Source of the DNA: the human T2T-CHM13v2.0 reference genome, Homo sapiens
Length of the DNA stretch: 64,000 bases
Strand: one strand, 5' to 3'
Assembly: GCF_009914755.1 (NCBI RefSeq)
Contig: NC_060925.1
In this document: positions 37,953-64,000 of the stretch, piece by piece
How the letters are laid out: each line of letters opens with the position of its first letter
Numbering within the stretch: position 1 is the stretch's first letter
Notes under the pieces: generated by a model
Seen by the model: the letters and a program-made list of their open reading frames with translations, nothing else
Database searches by the model: none
What the model was told of the DNA's origin: nothing
Position numbers and translations under genes: made by a program

Positions 37953-38180
37953 GTGACAGTACAGCAAGGGTTTGTTTAAGATAGGGTATGACTCTGTCAC
38001 TCAGGCTGCAGTGACAGTACAGCAAGGGTTTAAGATAGGGTCTAACTCTGTCGCCCAGGCTGGAGTGCAGTACAGCAAGGGTTTAAGACAGCGTCTGACT
38101 CTGTCGCCCAGGCTGGAGCGACAGTACAGCAAGGGTTTAAGATAGGGTCTGACTCTGTCGCCCAGGCTGGAGTGACAGTG
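37953..38180. repeat. 54-bp minisatellite (about 4.2 copies) derived from the end of a minus-strand Alu that continues to about 38345
   Basis: Unit GTGACAGTACAGCAAGGGTTTAAGATAGGGTCTGACTCTGTCGCCCAGGCTGGA starting at 37953, 38011, 38065, 38118 and 38172 (partial). Confidence 0.92.
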
Positions 38181-38916
38181 GCACAATCACAATCAATGCT
38201 CACTCCTCCATCTCTCAGGCTCAAGTGATCCTCCTGTCTCAGCCACCAAGCAGCTGGGACTACAGGTGCATGCCACCACACCCAGCTAATTTTTTTGTTT
38301 GTTTTTTAGTAGAAACGAGGTCTCACTATATTGCCTAGGCTGAAGCAAGGGCTCTTTGACTTCTAGATGTAAGTGCTCTGGGCAACACTTCACCACAGCC
38401 ATCTGCCAGCCTTGAGTCCAGTGACAAGAGGGAACAAGATGGTTTACAAGTCACCCCTATTCTCTGCAAATCCAGTTTATTAAACTTGGAGTTCACAAAG
38501 AATAAACGGTTAATTCCTAGCTTTCTTGGGTGGGGGCAGGGGGAGAAAAGCGCGTAAGTTTTAAATAGAGGACTCGACAATTTCTAGCTCCACAGTCCCC
38601 GTTTTGAGAATATTCAGAGACAGCAACACGAGGCAAGCTCCATTAAATACTAACTCTAACAAGTTTTCTGATGCATACAATTCATTCTGATACATGCAAT
38701 TTTTAAAATAGTGGCAGGAATTTGTTTGAGGTCAAAATGACAAAAGCTTAAATTCAGATAATGAAATAGTCAAAACCAGAGGGAGAATCCTGCTTTCTAA
38801 ACCTTTCTCAGAAGGAAACAGAGGGTCAAGATTTGAGTGGCAGGCACTGTGCTAGATCCCAGGGACACAGAGATTTACAATAAAACATACAAAGCGCTGC
38901 AAAAACCAGATCTAGA

Positions 38917-41945
<3,029 letters not shown>

Positions 41946-44405
41946 AAGGCTCCTTATCCATCAGGAAATGGGCCACAACATGGTATTGCTTGGCTCTTCT
42001 TCCCTGTGTATTCTTCTGGTTGGCAGAAAGTGTGGAGGTTATACAGAAAAATGTCAGAGCTGGAGGGGCTACAACAGATGATCTGAGTTCAACTCACTTT
42101 TCCAGAGAATCAGAAGGTTAAGTGACTTGCCCAAGGTCGCACTGCTAGTCCTGGTTCCAAAGTGGACATGTGGACAGACTATATGTAGCTGTACACTCTT
42201 GGAGGGTCCCAGCCACTGCTTCTCGTGTTTTCCAAGGAGAGTGAGTGAATGTACACGTCTTGGGGATCAGACAGCAGAGCCTACCTGAAGCACTCCTGCT
42301 GCTTTATTTCCGGGAAATCTCGTTTCCTCTTACCAACTCTTGTGGGCTCCATACTACCTTCTATTTGTGTCAATATTACCATGAAGCCACTCCCTGCAGT
42401 ATCTTTGAATAAAACTGATGCCCCAGAAAGAGGCACCATATTTATTTTGCTCCTACGCGTATCCCATTTGAGATGCAGAGAAAAGAGGAATGGTTTATAG
42501 TACCTTCCCAACTGAAAAGCACAGGTCTGGAAAAAGATGGCTCCTTCCCAGAAACACTTTTTACAAAGTTACCACAGACAAATAAAATAGGAGGTCTTGA
42601 AATGCATTCCAGAAAGTACAGTAAGGCAGGTATTACCCAGTATTAAAATAATGCCTATGCTGAAAAACTGAAGCTGGTATTCTTTAATGGAGATTTTAAG
42701 AAATAAAGATTGCACAAGTAGTTTCAGTTTTCTCTGCAGCTCTGCTCTTCATCTACACGGACAGGTGAGCCAATTGAGGCACCAGCTTTGACCCGGGTGG
42801 CAGCAGATGGCTGCCTAGGCATCTGGTGGCCACAGCTCAGAAGGAACTCATGTCTCTTGCTCACCTGGCTTCTCTTCCCTGCTCCCTGGCTTTTGAAACT
42901 CAAGGCTGTATATGCTTCCTTTGTTCTTGTTCATCTTGTGCCAAGTAAGCTTCTAACAGTTTAATAACCTGATTTTAAAATCTGTGGATCAAAAAAAAAA
43001 AATATGCTAACCAATGCCCATTAATTTCATGGCATGACCCTCTCATCCTTGCTGTCAGAGTTTGCTGCTTGAGCTATCAGTGTACAAAACCACTAGAGGA
43101 GGCCTGGAAGAAGGATGAGTGGTCTAGCCTGGCTTCAATCTAACCCCATCAACTTATTACATCTTTAATTTGGGGGAAATCAACTAAATTTATTTGCTTC
43201 TGAAAATTGAGGATAATTTCATATATCTTTGAAAATGTATCTGTGAGAATTTGAGATAATGTGATTTAAAGCATCTAGCAATAAGAAACTACAATGTAGT
43301 TTAAACAAAACAGAACTTTTGTGAAACTGGACGTTTTGGCTCTCTTATTTTTTAAAAAGTCTTTCCTAAAATACTAAATGCATTCCTAACTGTAGTGTAG
43401 TAAACATAGTTCAATATTTCTTTGGAATTGAAGACTCTCACATTGCTTCTAGGTGTTATTCTGAAAAAACAAGGATTGTCAACATGAAGCCCATCATTTT
43501 AAAGATGAGGAAATCAAGGCTCAGGGAGATTAAGTGGGTGACCAGGGTCACACAGCTGGTAAGTGACGCAGTCCTCAAAGACCACCGTGCAGGACCACAG
43601 CCACAGATGTTAGGACACTGGACTCAACGGTATACTCTGACAGGGAGTCAATCTCTATTTGAAACTGAAGAACATTTATTATTCTATAGACTGTATCAGC
43701 AAGTTTGAGTTACACAAACAGGTAACAAGGAATTTAGGTCTGACAGAATAAATTCATCAGAGCAAAAGTTCTCAAAACAGTAGAATGGATGAGCAGGATG
43801 TGAAACTCTGGGAATTAGGAAAAAGAGTATTTATTTGTTGGTATTAGGCAAACAAAGCACACAAAGATAGGAGAGACTGAATGACTAAGGTTTCTTTCCG
43901 AATCATAAATAAAAGAGCAAGGATTTCTAACATTCCAGCTCATGATTACTAAGCAGATCCCATCTCCAAAAAATTCAGCTGTCTGAGAAAATCCCCATTC
44001 TGGAATTTCTCTTGCTTCCTAAAATGAAGCTGCTCATTTAGCAACATAAAGTTCTGATAGAAGCTGTGGCTCCTGTGAGGGGAAAAGCTCTCACGAGTAT
44101 CAGCATCCTGCAAACTGGATGAATTCACAGGATGAATTCTGAGTGTCCCACAACTAGGATATGAGAATGACCAAATACCTGGAGTGTCCTAAAAAAAGAC
44201 TTAAGGGATTGCTTAGTAACTTGTGACATAAAAACAAACAAACAAACAAAAAACCCAAAGTGTAGCCAAGATAGTATTTTCCAGTAATCCAAGGTCTAAT
44301 TTTGACAGTTACCAAAATTAAAACAAAAGCCACACTGACTTGACTATTGGCAAAGTTGGCAATAATTTCATTTCCAAGCCCTCTGCTCTCTTAAACATGT
44401 GCTTG

Positions 44406-49359
<4,954 letters not shown>

Positions 49360-49654
49360 TTACTTTTTCACTCTGAAAGACTTCTTCATGGTGGATTTGC
49401 CCTTGCCCGGCAATTTTACTTCCTTTCTTGCACTGGTTGCAGGCTTCTTTGAGGAGCCACCACTAGGTTTCTTGATGACTGTGGATGAGGGTCTGGTCTT
49501 CTTGGCAGGCGTTTTGGCCTTAGGAGGTGCTTTCTTAGGCAAGGGCCTAGCTTTCCCCCGCTGGGCAGCTGAGACTTTAGGTGCAGGTTTGGACCCTCTC
49601 TGCTTCACAGATGCGGCCTTCCCTGGGGACTTGGCTGGGGTTTTCTTCTGCAAC
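49360..49654 (-). CDS. HP1BP3: HP1BP3 last coding exon (Lys/Ala/Pro-rich H1-like tail)
   Basis: LQKKTPAKSPGKAASVKQRG...KKSFRVKK*; cacag| acceptor; TAA at 49360-49362. Confidence 0.96.
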
Positions 49655-50105
49655 CTGTGAGAACCAAAGAGCAAAGGCCGTCATTTAGTACTTAAGAGAT
49701 TCGTTTTGTTGGGACAACCAGATGCTTTCTAAAGAGAAACGGCATATGAAGTGGTCACTTACGTTAAGAATAGGAATGTGACAATTTTTTACTAGAGATT
49801 TTACTAAAATTGTATAAAAATTCAACCAATTCATGAAGTCTAGACACAATTTCATGACGTTGTTCCTAGGGAAATATGTAATTATTTTTCTTTGAATAAC
49901 TAAACTATGGATACACACAGGCTTGCCCTAAAAGTCTGGAGCCCTTGATTTTCAAAGGAGAAGATCAATCCAAATTTATATAAAGAACTTGAGAAGGATC
50001 CTGAGTTTCTGAAATGCTTTTTAGCTTTAGCCCCTCTTATAGCACTATTTTTCAGCTCTGAGGTATTTAGTGTCCTCCCCACAAGGGGTTTTCACATGTC
50101 CACAC

Positions 50106-50219
50106 CTTCTCTTAGGTGGCGGCTCTTCATCCTCAGAGTCTTCTTCTGATGACTCATCTTCATCTTCATCCTCATCTCTAGAATCATCTGGCTCTTTCTT
50201 CGGAAACAGAACTCCTGGG
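50106..50219 (-). CDS. HP1BP3: HP1BP3 penultimate exon (acidic tract and basic NLS-like motif); not in the ORF track
   Basis: PGVLFPKKEPDDSRDEDEDEDESSEEDSEDEEPPPKR(R); 114 nt, phase 2-2. Confidence 0.93.
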
Positions 50220-50744
50220 CTATACGGGGAAAAATTAGATTAAAACACAAGTCCCATATAAAACAAGAAAAATAATGTGAACCTAGATGCTCTTACCTGG
50301 ACATATCCCACTTCTTCCCACCCTTCCCAAAAATGTCAAGCTAGGTTACACGTATCAGGTTACAATTTACCGTATTTTGAACATACATATAAAGTTATGC
50401 CAAATCTATAAAAGTCCTGCACCATACCTAATTCTATACCCACTATTTAATAAAATTAATCCATAGTCATTTATTTAGTAAACAATTACTTAAACTCCTA
50501 ATATGTATCTGGCACTGTATTAGCCAATGAGTACACAGCAATGAACAGTCTGCATGGAATACACACTTCAGCCTCATAATACTGGCAAAAGACCTCCAAG
50601 TCTTAAAAAAAAAGACCTCAAAGGCCTAAATCTGTTCAAAGCTTCAGAGGTATTCGGCAAGGATCTCCTAAACTCTTTTTTGTCCTTGGTGGTATGAACC
50701 TTGATTCCTTTGATTAACATATCCTTAAATGATAACATACATAC

Positions 50745-50790
<46 letters not shown>

Positions 50791-51771
50791 CTTGCCTTTT
50801 TCAGACACAGGGTCTTGCTATGCTGCCCAGGCTGGAATCAAACTCCTAGGCTCAAGGGATCCTCCCACCTCACCTTCCCAAGTAGTTAGGACTACAGGTG
50901 CATCCCACCACACCTGGCAGAATGTAACATTTTGTGTGTGTGTGACTTTGGGAATTAAATTTAATGTTTAATGTTCGAAAAATTTATATAATATGTATTA
51001 AGCCAAGTAACACTTATGTTTGTACAGAAATAATAATATAAGAAAGTTACACAATAGTCTTGCTAAAACAGGGTCTTAGTGGTATATGTTATGTACTTTA
51101 CTGGAAATCAAAAGGCTTTAAACCCAGTGCATGAAACAATGCTTGGACCACAGGAGGTGATCAATATATTTTTTTGTTTCAAAGAATAAATAAGGTATTT
51201 GCAAGAAACAAATTTTCAGATAAGTGTTCCTGTCTCTACAGTATGGAGGTAGAGTTAAGATTCTTGAAAACAGTCAATGTTCTCCCCACTTGGTATTGGA
51301 CAATTAAAACTTATGCATATAATCCCATCACTTTGGGAGGCTGAGGCGAGAGGACTGCTTGAGCCAGGAGTTCAAGGCCAGCCTAGATAATATGGTAAGA
51401 CCCCCATCTCTACAAAAAACACAAAAATTAGCTGGGTGTGGTGGCGCGCACCTGTAGTCCCAGCTACGTGGGATATTGAGGTGGGAGGATCACTTGAGCC
51501 CAGGAGGCGGAGATTGCAGTGAGCCGAGATTATACCACTGCTCCAGCCTGGGCGATAGAGTGAGACCCTGTCTCAAAAAACAAAAACAAAAACTTATACA
51601 TAATCCTCTAAGAATCTGTCATTATCATTTACTTGATAAAGAAGGAATGAACATCAAAATGACCATCCGAGGATCTCAAATAATCTTATGCCTGGCTAAA
51701 ATCACTATTTTTATACAAAACCTTTTACTCCAAAATAATACTGCCTTAAAAGTCATCTTTATTTTCAAATA

Positions 51772-52001
51772 CAGTTGTCCCTTGAACAACACAGGTTGGC
51801 AACGCATTAGCCCACTTTATATGTGGACTTTTTTTTTTCAACCAGACACAGATCAGAAATACAACATCCACAGGATGCGAAGCCTGCATACAAAGAGGAC
51901 AGACTTTTCAGATACATGGATTCCACAGGGCTGAGTACATGCGCATTTGGGTATGCGGGCAGTTCTGTAACCAATCCCCTATATGTAACAAAGGACGACT
52001 G
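51772..52001. mobile_element. MER8-like non-autonomous Tigger (TcMar) element
   Basis: TA|CAGTTGTCCCTTGAACAAC ... GGACGACTG|TA; terminal inverted repeats and TA duplication; about 230 bp. Confidence 0.8.
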
Positions 52002-52104
52002 TATTTCCAGTTCACTAAAACAGTAATAAGGGTAAAATAAATTAAACTGAGTGTGTAACTTAGACTATAAATTTACAGTGATCTATTATAGGCTAAGTAC
52101 TTAC

Positions 52105-52216
52105 CTGGGATAATAGGGAAAACAGAGCTGGAAGGTGCCACTGAACCCTTTCCCAGAGATCTGTTCCATCCACCCATTCTTTTCGCATTTCTGCAGGGTT
52201 TTTTTCAGCAAATGCA
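52105..52216 (-). CDS. HP1BP3: HP1BP3 exon (end of last H15 domain); not in the ORF track
   Basis: (M)HLLKKTLQKCEKNGWMEQISGKGFSGTFQLCFPYYP(S); tttcag| acceptor, AG|GTAAGT donor; 112 nt. Confidence 0.95.
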
Positions 52217-52407
52217 CTGAAAAAAAAAATTCAGAAATGAAAGTTATCTAGTTATTCAGATTAGATAATTCCCTCAACCACAAACAGATGCCCATCAATT
52301 TAATATCCTGTCACATACGGTAATTGACATACACTAAGTGAATCCTATGTGTTCAAAGGTATTTAATTAAACATTTACTTATTGCCCATAAGTTTGGCAA
52401 GAGTTAA

Positions 52408-52584
<177 letters not shown>

Positions 52585-53938
52585 TAATGAAAAGACACAT
52601 TAGAGACCATTGAGTCAAATACCTTATTTCACAGGGAAAAAAAAAAAGCCCAGAGTGGTTAAGTGACTTGAGCTCAAAGTAGTTAAGTGACTTGCTCTAA
52701 GGTAGCACATAAACAGCAGACCTAAAACTAAGTATTTAATTATTTCCATTCACTTAAACATCTATTGTGTACCTATAGGTATTGATAATCATCTAGGAGA
52801 ATCTCTTATAAAGATGAACAGAACTAATTATTCATAAATCAGTAAACAGTAACAAAACAATATCATGGTTCCTGAAGTCCTTCATTCTCATCTTTCTTAC
52901 AGAGACATATCCAAAATATATTTTATGGTGATTCAGTATCCAAAAAACAGCTGCAAATATCAGTGAAACTGAAAGGCTTGTTAACCAAATTCATCTTCTC
53001 TTAAAACATCTGGCATATAGAAATAGGCCGGGCGTGGCGGCTCACGCCTGTAATCCCAGCACTTTGGGAGGCCGAGGCCGGCAGATCACGAGGTAAGGAG
53101 ATTGAGATCATCTTGGCTAATACGGTGAAACCCTGTCTCTACTAAAAACAAATAATACAAAAACAAAAAAATTAGCCAGGGGTGGTGGCAGGTGCCTGTA
53201 GTCCCAGCTACTCAGGGGGTGGAGGTAGGAGAATGGCGTGAACCCAGGGGAGGCGGAGCTTGCAGTGAGCCAAGATCGCACCACTGCGCCCCCCAGCCTG
53301 GGCAACACAGCGAGACTCCGTCTAAAAAAAAAAAAAGACTTCAAAATTACCTTTTAATTACAATAATATATTCTGGATTGTCTTCTTCTGTTACTTAATT
53401 TCCATATCCCTCACCCTACAACATTGTGCCTCTTCTAATAGTTCATTGAGAAGTCACCCAGTCTCACCAATCCACACGATAATGCTGATAAGGCAGGGTG
53501 TCTCATCTCAAATCACCACCTCCTAGAGTAAATATACTTTACTGAAATAAAGTATTGTCTGTTGTGGGGCTTAGGTTAATAAGAAATAATATAAGTAGTA
53601 AGTACTCTAAAATCCTGGCTTTGTTTCAAAGTAAAATTAGATGTTTTTGGTGAACATTCAAAAGTAGGAAAAAATACACTATAATTTAGAGTTGCTTTGA
53701 ACCTAGAGATTTATCTAAATTACAATAAATATCAGAAAAATCTTTACAGTAAAAGCAACTTCTTATAAGCAGATGCTTTAAATTAAGAATTCAGTTTTGA
53801 TTATTTGTTTTTCTTTTTGTAAATATGAAATTTGTAAAGCTGTTCCCTCTTGGTTTTCAGTCAGTAGTTAATACTTTGACATTAATAGCATGATCTCTAT
53901 GATTTTTTTTTCTTTTCTTTTCTTTTTTTTTTTTTTGA

Positions 53939-54100
<162 letters not shown>

Positions 54101-54283
54101 TAGTAGAGATGGGGTTTCACTATGTTGGCCAGACTGGTCTCAAACTCCCGACCTCGTGATCCACCCGCCTCAGCCTCCCAAAGTGCTGGGATTACAGGCG
54201 TGAGCCACAGTGCCTGGCCCTCCACGGTTTTTTCAAAAGAAAATTCTCCTAATCCCAGTTAAATATACACAACCGAGTCTTAC

Positions 54284-54443
54284 TTTGATAGTTAGAATTG
54301 GTTCCTGGGTGATTCTCTAGGACATACTTCTTCAGAGCAGTGGTAGAGCAGGTCTTCGGCTCATTCATGGCAGCAATGGCAGACAAGATTGCATATTCCA
54401 TCAGGCTTCCACCAAGCAGGGGTTTCTCCCCTGATTTCTTCAG
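54284..54443 (-). CDS. HP1BP3: HP1BP3 exon (start of last H15 domain)
   Basis: LKKSGEKPLLGGSLMEYAILSAIAAMNEPKTCSTTALKKYVLENHPGTNSNYQ; 160 nt; donor A|GTAAG. Confidence 0.95.
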
Positions 54444-54880
54444 CTGTTTTCCAAGGAGGAAGAGAAAAGCATCAAGACAACACTCTCCCAAAGCAGGTCA
54501 AGACAAGACTCCTCTGCACCAGGTGGGTCGGAGTTCCTGCATTAGCACAGATATGTTTTACAATAAATTGTCAGCTTAGGGACTTTCTCTTCCCATTCAA
54601 CAGGTATTCAATCTAACTGAGAAGTCCCAACCCTCCTATGGATATTTTCTCCTTCCATCTACCCTCCATCCACCCTAAAATAATAGCCAACCTAACCCAA
54701 AGATACTGACAACTGTACCCAATAAGCAGGTTAACCAGTTATGTCCCTAAAAATTAAGATTCTTTTGGCTGGGTGCTCACACCTATAGCCCCAGCACTTT
54801 GGGAGGCAGAGGCAGGCAGATCACTTAAGGCCAGGAGTTCGAGACCAGCCTGGCCAACATGGCGAAACCTGTCTCTACTA

Positions 54881-54928
<48 letters not shown>

Positions 54929-55159
54929 AGCCAGGTGTGGCAGGTGCCTGTGGTCTCAGCTACTTGGGAGGCTGAGGCAGGAGAGTCACTTGAACCCAAG
55001 ACGCGGGGTTGCAGTGTGCCGAAATCATGCCACTGAACTCCAGCCTCGGCGACAGAGTAAGATTCTGTCTAAAAAAATAAATAAATAAAATAAATTTAAA
55101 AAAAAAAAGATTATTTTATTTGAGAATACTTCACTTTTCTGAATCTGAAAAATGAAGTA

Positions 55160-55908
<749 letters not shown>

Positions 55909-55991
55909 TAGTTATAAAAAATAATAAATAGCCCTTTTAATCCTATGAGGAAAATAGCAGTGAAAAATTTTGATAAATATTTAGGGTATCA

Positions 55992-56126
<135 letters not shown>

Positions 56127-56422
56127 CTATGAATGGCGGCATGCCTGTAGCCTACCTACATGAAAGGGTGAGGGGGGAGGATGGCTTAAGCCCAGGAAGT
56201 TGAGGCTATTAGTGAGCTATGATTACATCACTATACTCCAGCCTGAGTGACAGACCAAGACTCTGTCTCTAAAAATAAATAATAAACTAAAAAAAAAAAA
56301 AAGTATCATACAAAAGAAAATTACATAGCATACTTTGAAAATGAAAGGTGTGGTAACAAAGGTTAGCAAATAATATGCAAAAAGGGAAAAGGAGAAAACC
56401 AGAAATGCTCTACAAAACTGTT

Positions 56423-61701
<5,279 letters not shown>

Positions 61702-61712
61702 TGATCTCTAAC

Positions 61713-61803
61713 CTGGAATGTCCCCGAAGCACCTTTGCCAGTTATCTGTTCTAACTGGCCCCTCTCTACTGCTCTCTGCAGAGCGTTCTTCAACAGCTGA
61801 GGC
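61713..61803 (-). CDS. HP1BP3: HP1BP3 internal exon (end of an H1/H5 globular H15 domain); upstream exons lie beyond the window
   Basis: PQLLKNALQRAVERGQLEQITGKGASGTFQ (H15 wing motif); 91 nt. Confidence 0.95.
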
Positions 61804-61901
61804 CTGCAAAGAAAAACAAAAAAAAAATAGTGATAAATACATTAATGAAAGAAAAATGTAAAGAAATAGATACAGGGTTATTCCCAGATCTAGAGTTCTG
61901 A

Positions 61902-62231
<330 letters not shown>

Positions 62232-62583
62232 TAACATTTGACTTCTAACGCTGTATGACAGACCTAGAAAATTTCCAAAGACACCTTCTTCAAGGCCAAC
62301 TCTGAGTCTCTATATACCCAATATGCCCAGTTCTTCTTCTAGGGTTGCAAAAAAATCACTGTTATCAAATTAAGAAGGTGACTTGCATGTTATATTAAAA
62401 ACCAATGTCTTGGCCAGGCGCGGTGGCTCACGCTTGTAATCCCAATACTTTGGGAGGCCGAGGCGGGTGGATCACGAGATCAGGAGTTCGAGACCAGCCT
62501 GGCCAACATAGTGAAACCTCAGCTCTACTAAAAATACAAAAAAATTAACGGGGCGTGGTGTCAGGCAACTGTAGTCCCAGCTA

Positions 62584-62725
<142 letters not shown>

Positions 62726-63633
62726 TTATGTCTTTAAATATTAGAATCCTATTTAGCATGCTGTAATGGTCATACTATGAGAAGCTGGAACTGAGACTAG
62801 TAAGAATAACATTAGTTGAACATTTACTAGGTACCAAGGACTATTCTAAGAAGTGCTTCGCACATACTAAGAGACTTAAACCCTATGGGTTAAACACTCC
62901 TTTTTTTTTTTTGAGACGCATTCTCCCTCTGTCACCCAGGCTGGAGTGCAGTGGCGCGATCTCAGGTCACTGCAACCTCCGCCCCCTCAGGTTCAAGTGA
63001 TTCTCCTGCCTCAGCCTCCTAAGTAGCTGGGACTACAGGCGCGTGCCACCACGCCCGGCTAATTTTTTGTACTTTTAGTAAAGACGGGGTTTCACTGTGT
63101 TAGCAAGGATGGTCTTGATCTTCCGACCTCATGATCTGCCCGCCTCAGCCTCCCAAAGTGCTGGGATTACAGGTGTGAGCCACCACACCTGGCCTTTTTT
63201 TTTTTTTTTTCTGAGAGAGGATCTCACTGTGTCACTCTGGATGGAGTGCAGTGGTATGACCATGGCTCACTGTAGCCTTGATCTCCCAGGCTCAAGCAAC
63301 CCTTCCGCTGCTTCAGCCTCCCGAGTAGTTGGGACTATAGGCACATGCCACTACACCAGCTAATTTTTGTTATTTTTTTTTTGTACAGAGGGGGTTCCAC
63401 TATGTTGCCCAGCCTGGTCTCGAACTTGTAGGTTCAAGCGATCCTCCCGCTTCGGCCTCCCAAAGTGCTGGGATTACACATGTGAACCGCAGCACCTGGC
63501 TGGGAGAGAGGTTTTGGTTGGTCATTATCAACCAAATACAACGTGTGGGCCATGTTAGGAAAAACAACTGTAAAATATCATTCTGGAGACAATTAAGAAC
63601 ATTTGAACATGGACTGGGTACTAGATAATACTA

Positions 63634-63972
<339 letters not shown>

Positions 63973-64000
63973 TTAAGTATGATGGTTAATGTTCTCTATC

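Noticed and set aside
37953-38180. CRISPR-like repeat-spacer appearance (also 26076-26129)
   Set aside because: Human DNA, contiguous or very short units, and no cas genes
42720-42732. ISRE-like AGTTTCAGTTTTC
   Set aside because: Single imperfect match, expected by chance in AT-rich DNA

Overview
Human genomic DNA (recognisably the 1p36.12 locus) with three tandem minus-strand protein-coding genes. (1) KIF17, a kinesin-2 motor: coding exons 1-6 are present (ATG at 22277) and the gene continues off the left edge. (2) SH2D5, a PTB plus atypical SH2 adaptor: complete, with 9 coding exons totalling 1272 nt = 423 aa + stop, and a CpG-island promoter at about 36-37.4 kb. (3) HP1BP3, a linker-histone-like protein: the last five coding exons and a long 3'UTR with several poly(A) signals. 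All exon boundaries were read directly (GT/AG) and the reading frames join correctly. The rest is dense in repeats: about 50 Alu copies, MIR/L2, L1, ERVL/MaLR solo LTRs, Tigger/MER8 and a nested Charlie1 element, plus a GGAT-type tract and an ~870-bp palindromic AT-rich array. Repeat subfamily names come from remembered consensus sequences, not from a search. I found no new gene system. The best leads are: an RFX X-box pair inside KIF17 intron 3 matching a promoter X-box, alternative KIF17 5' donors that would give a motor lacking the P-loop, a 90-bp ancient templated duplication, an Alu-derived 54-bp minisatellite inside a probable divergent lncRNA, the palindromic AT array, and a spacer-less inverted Alu pair.
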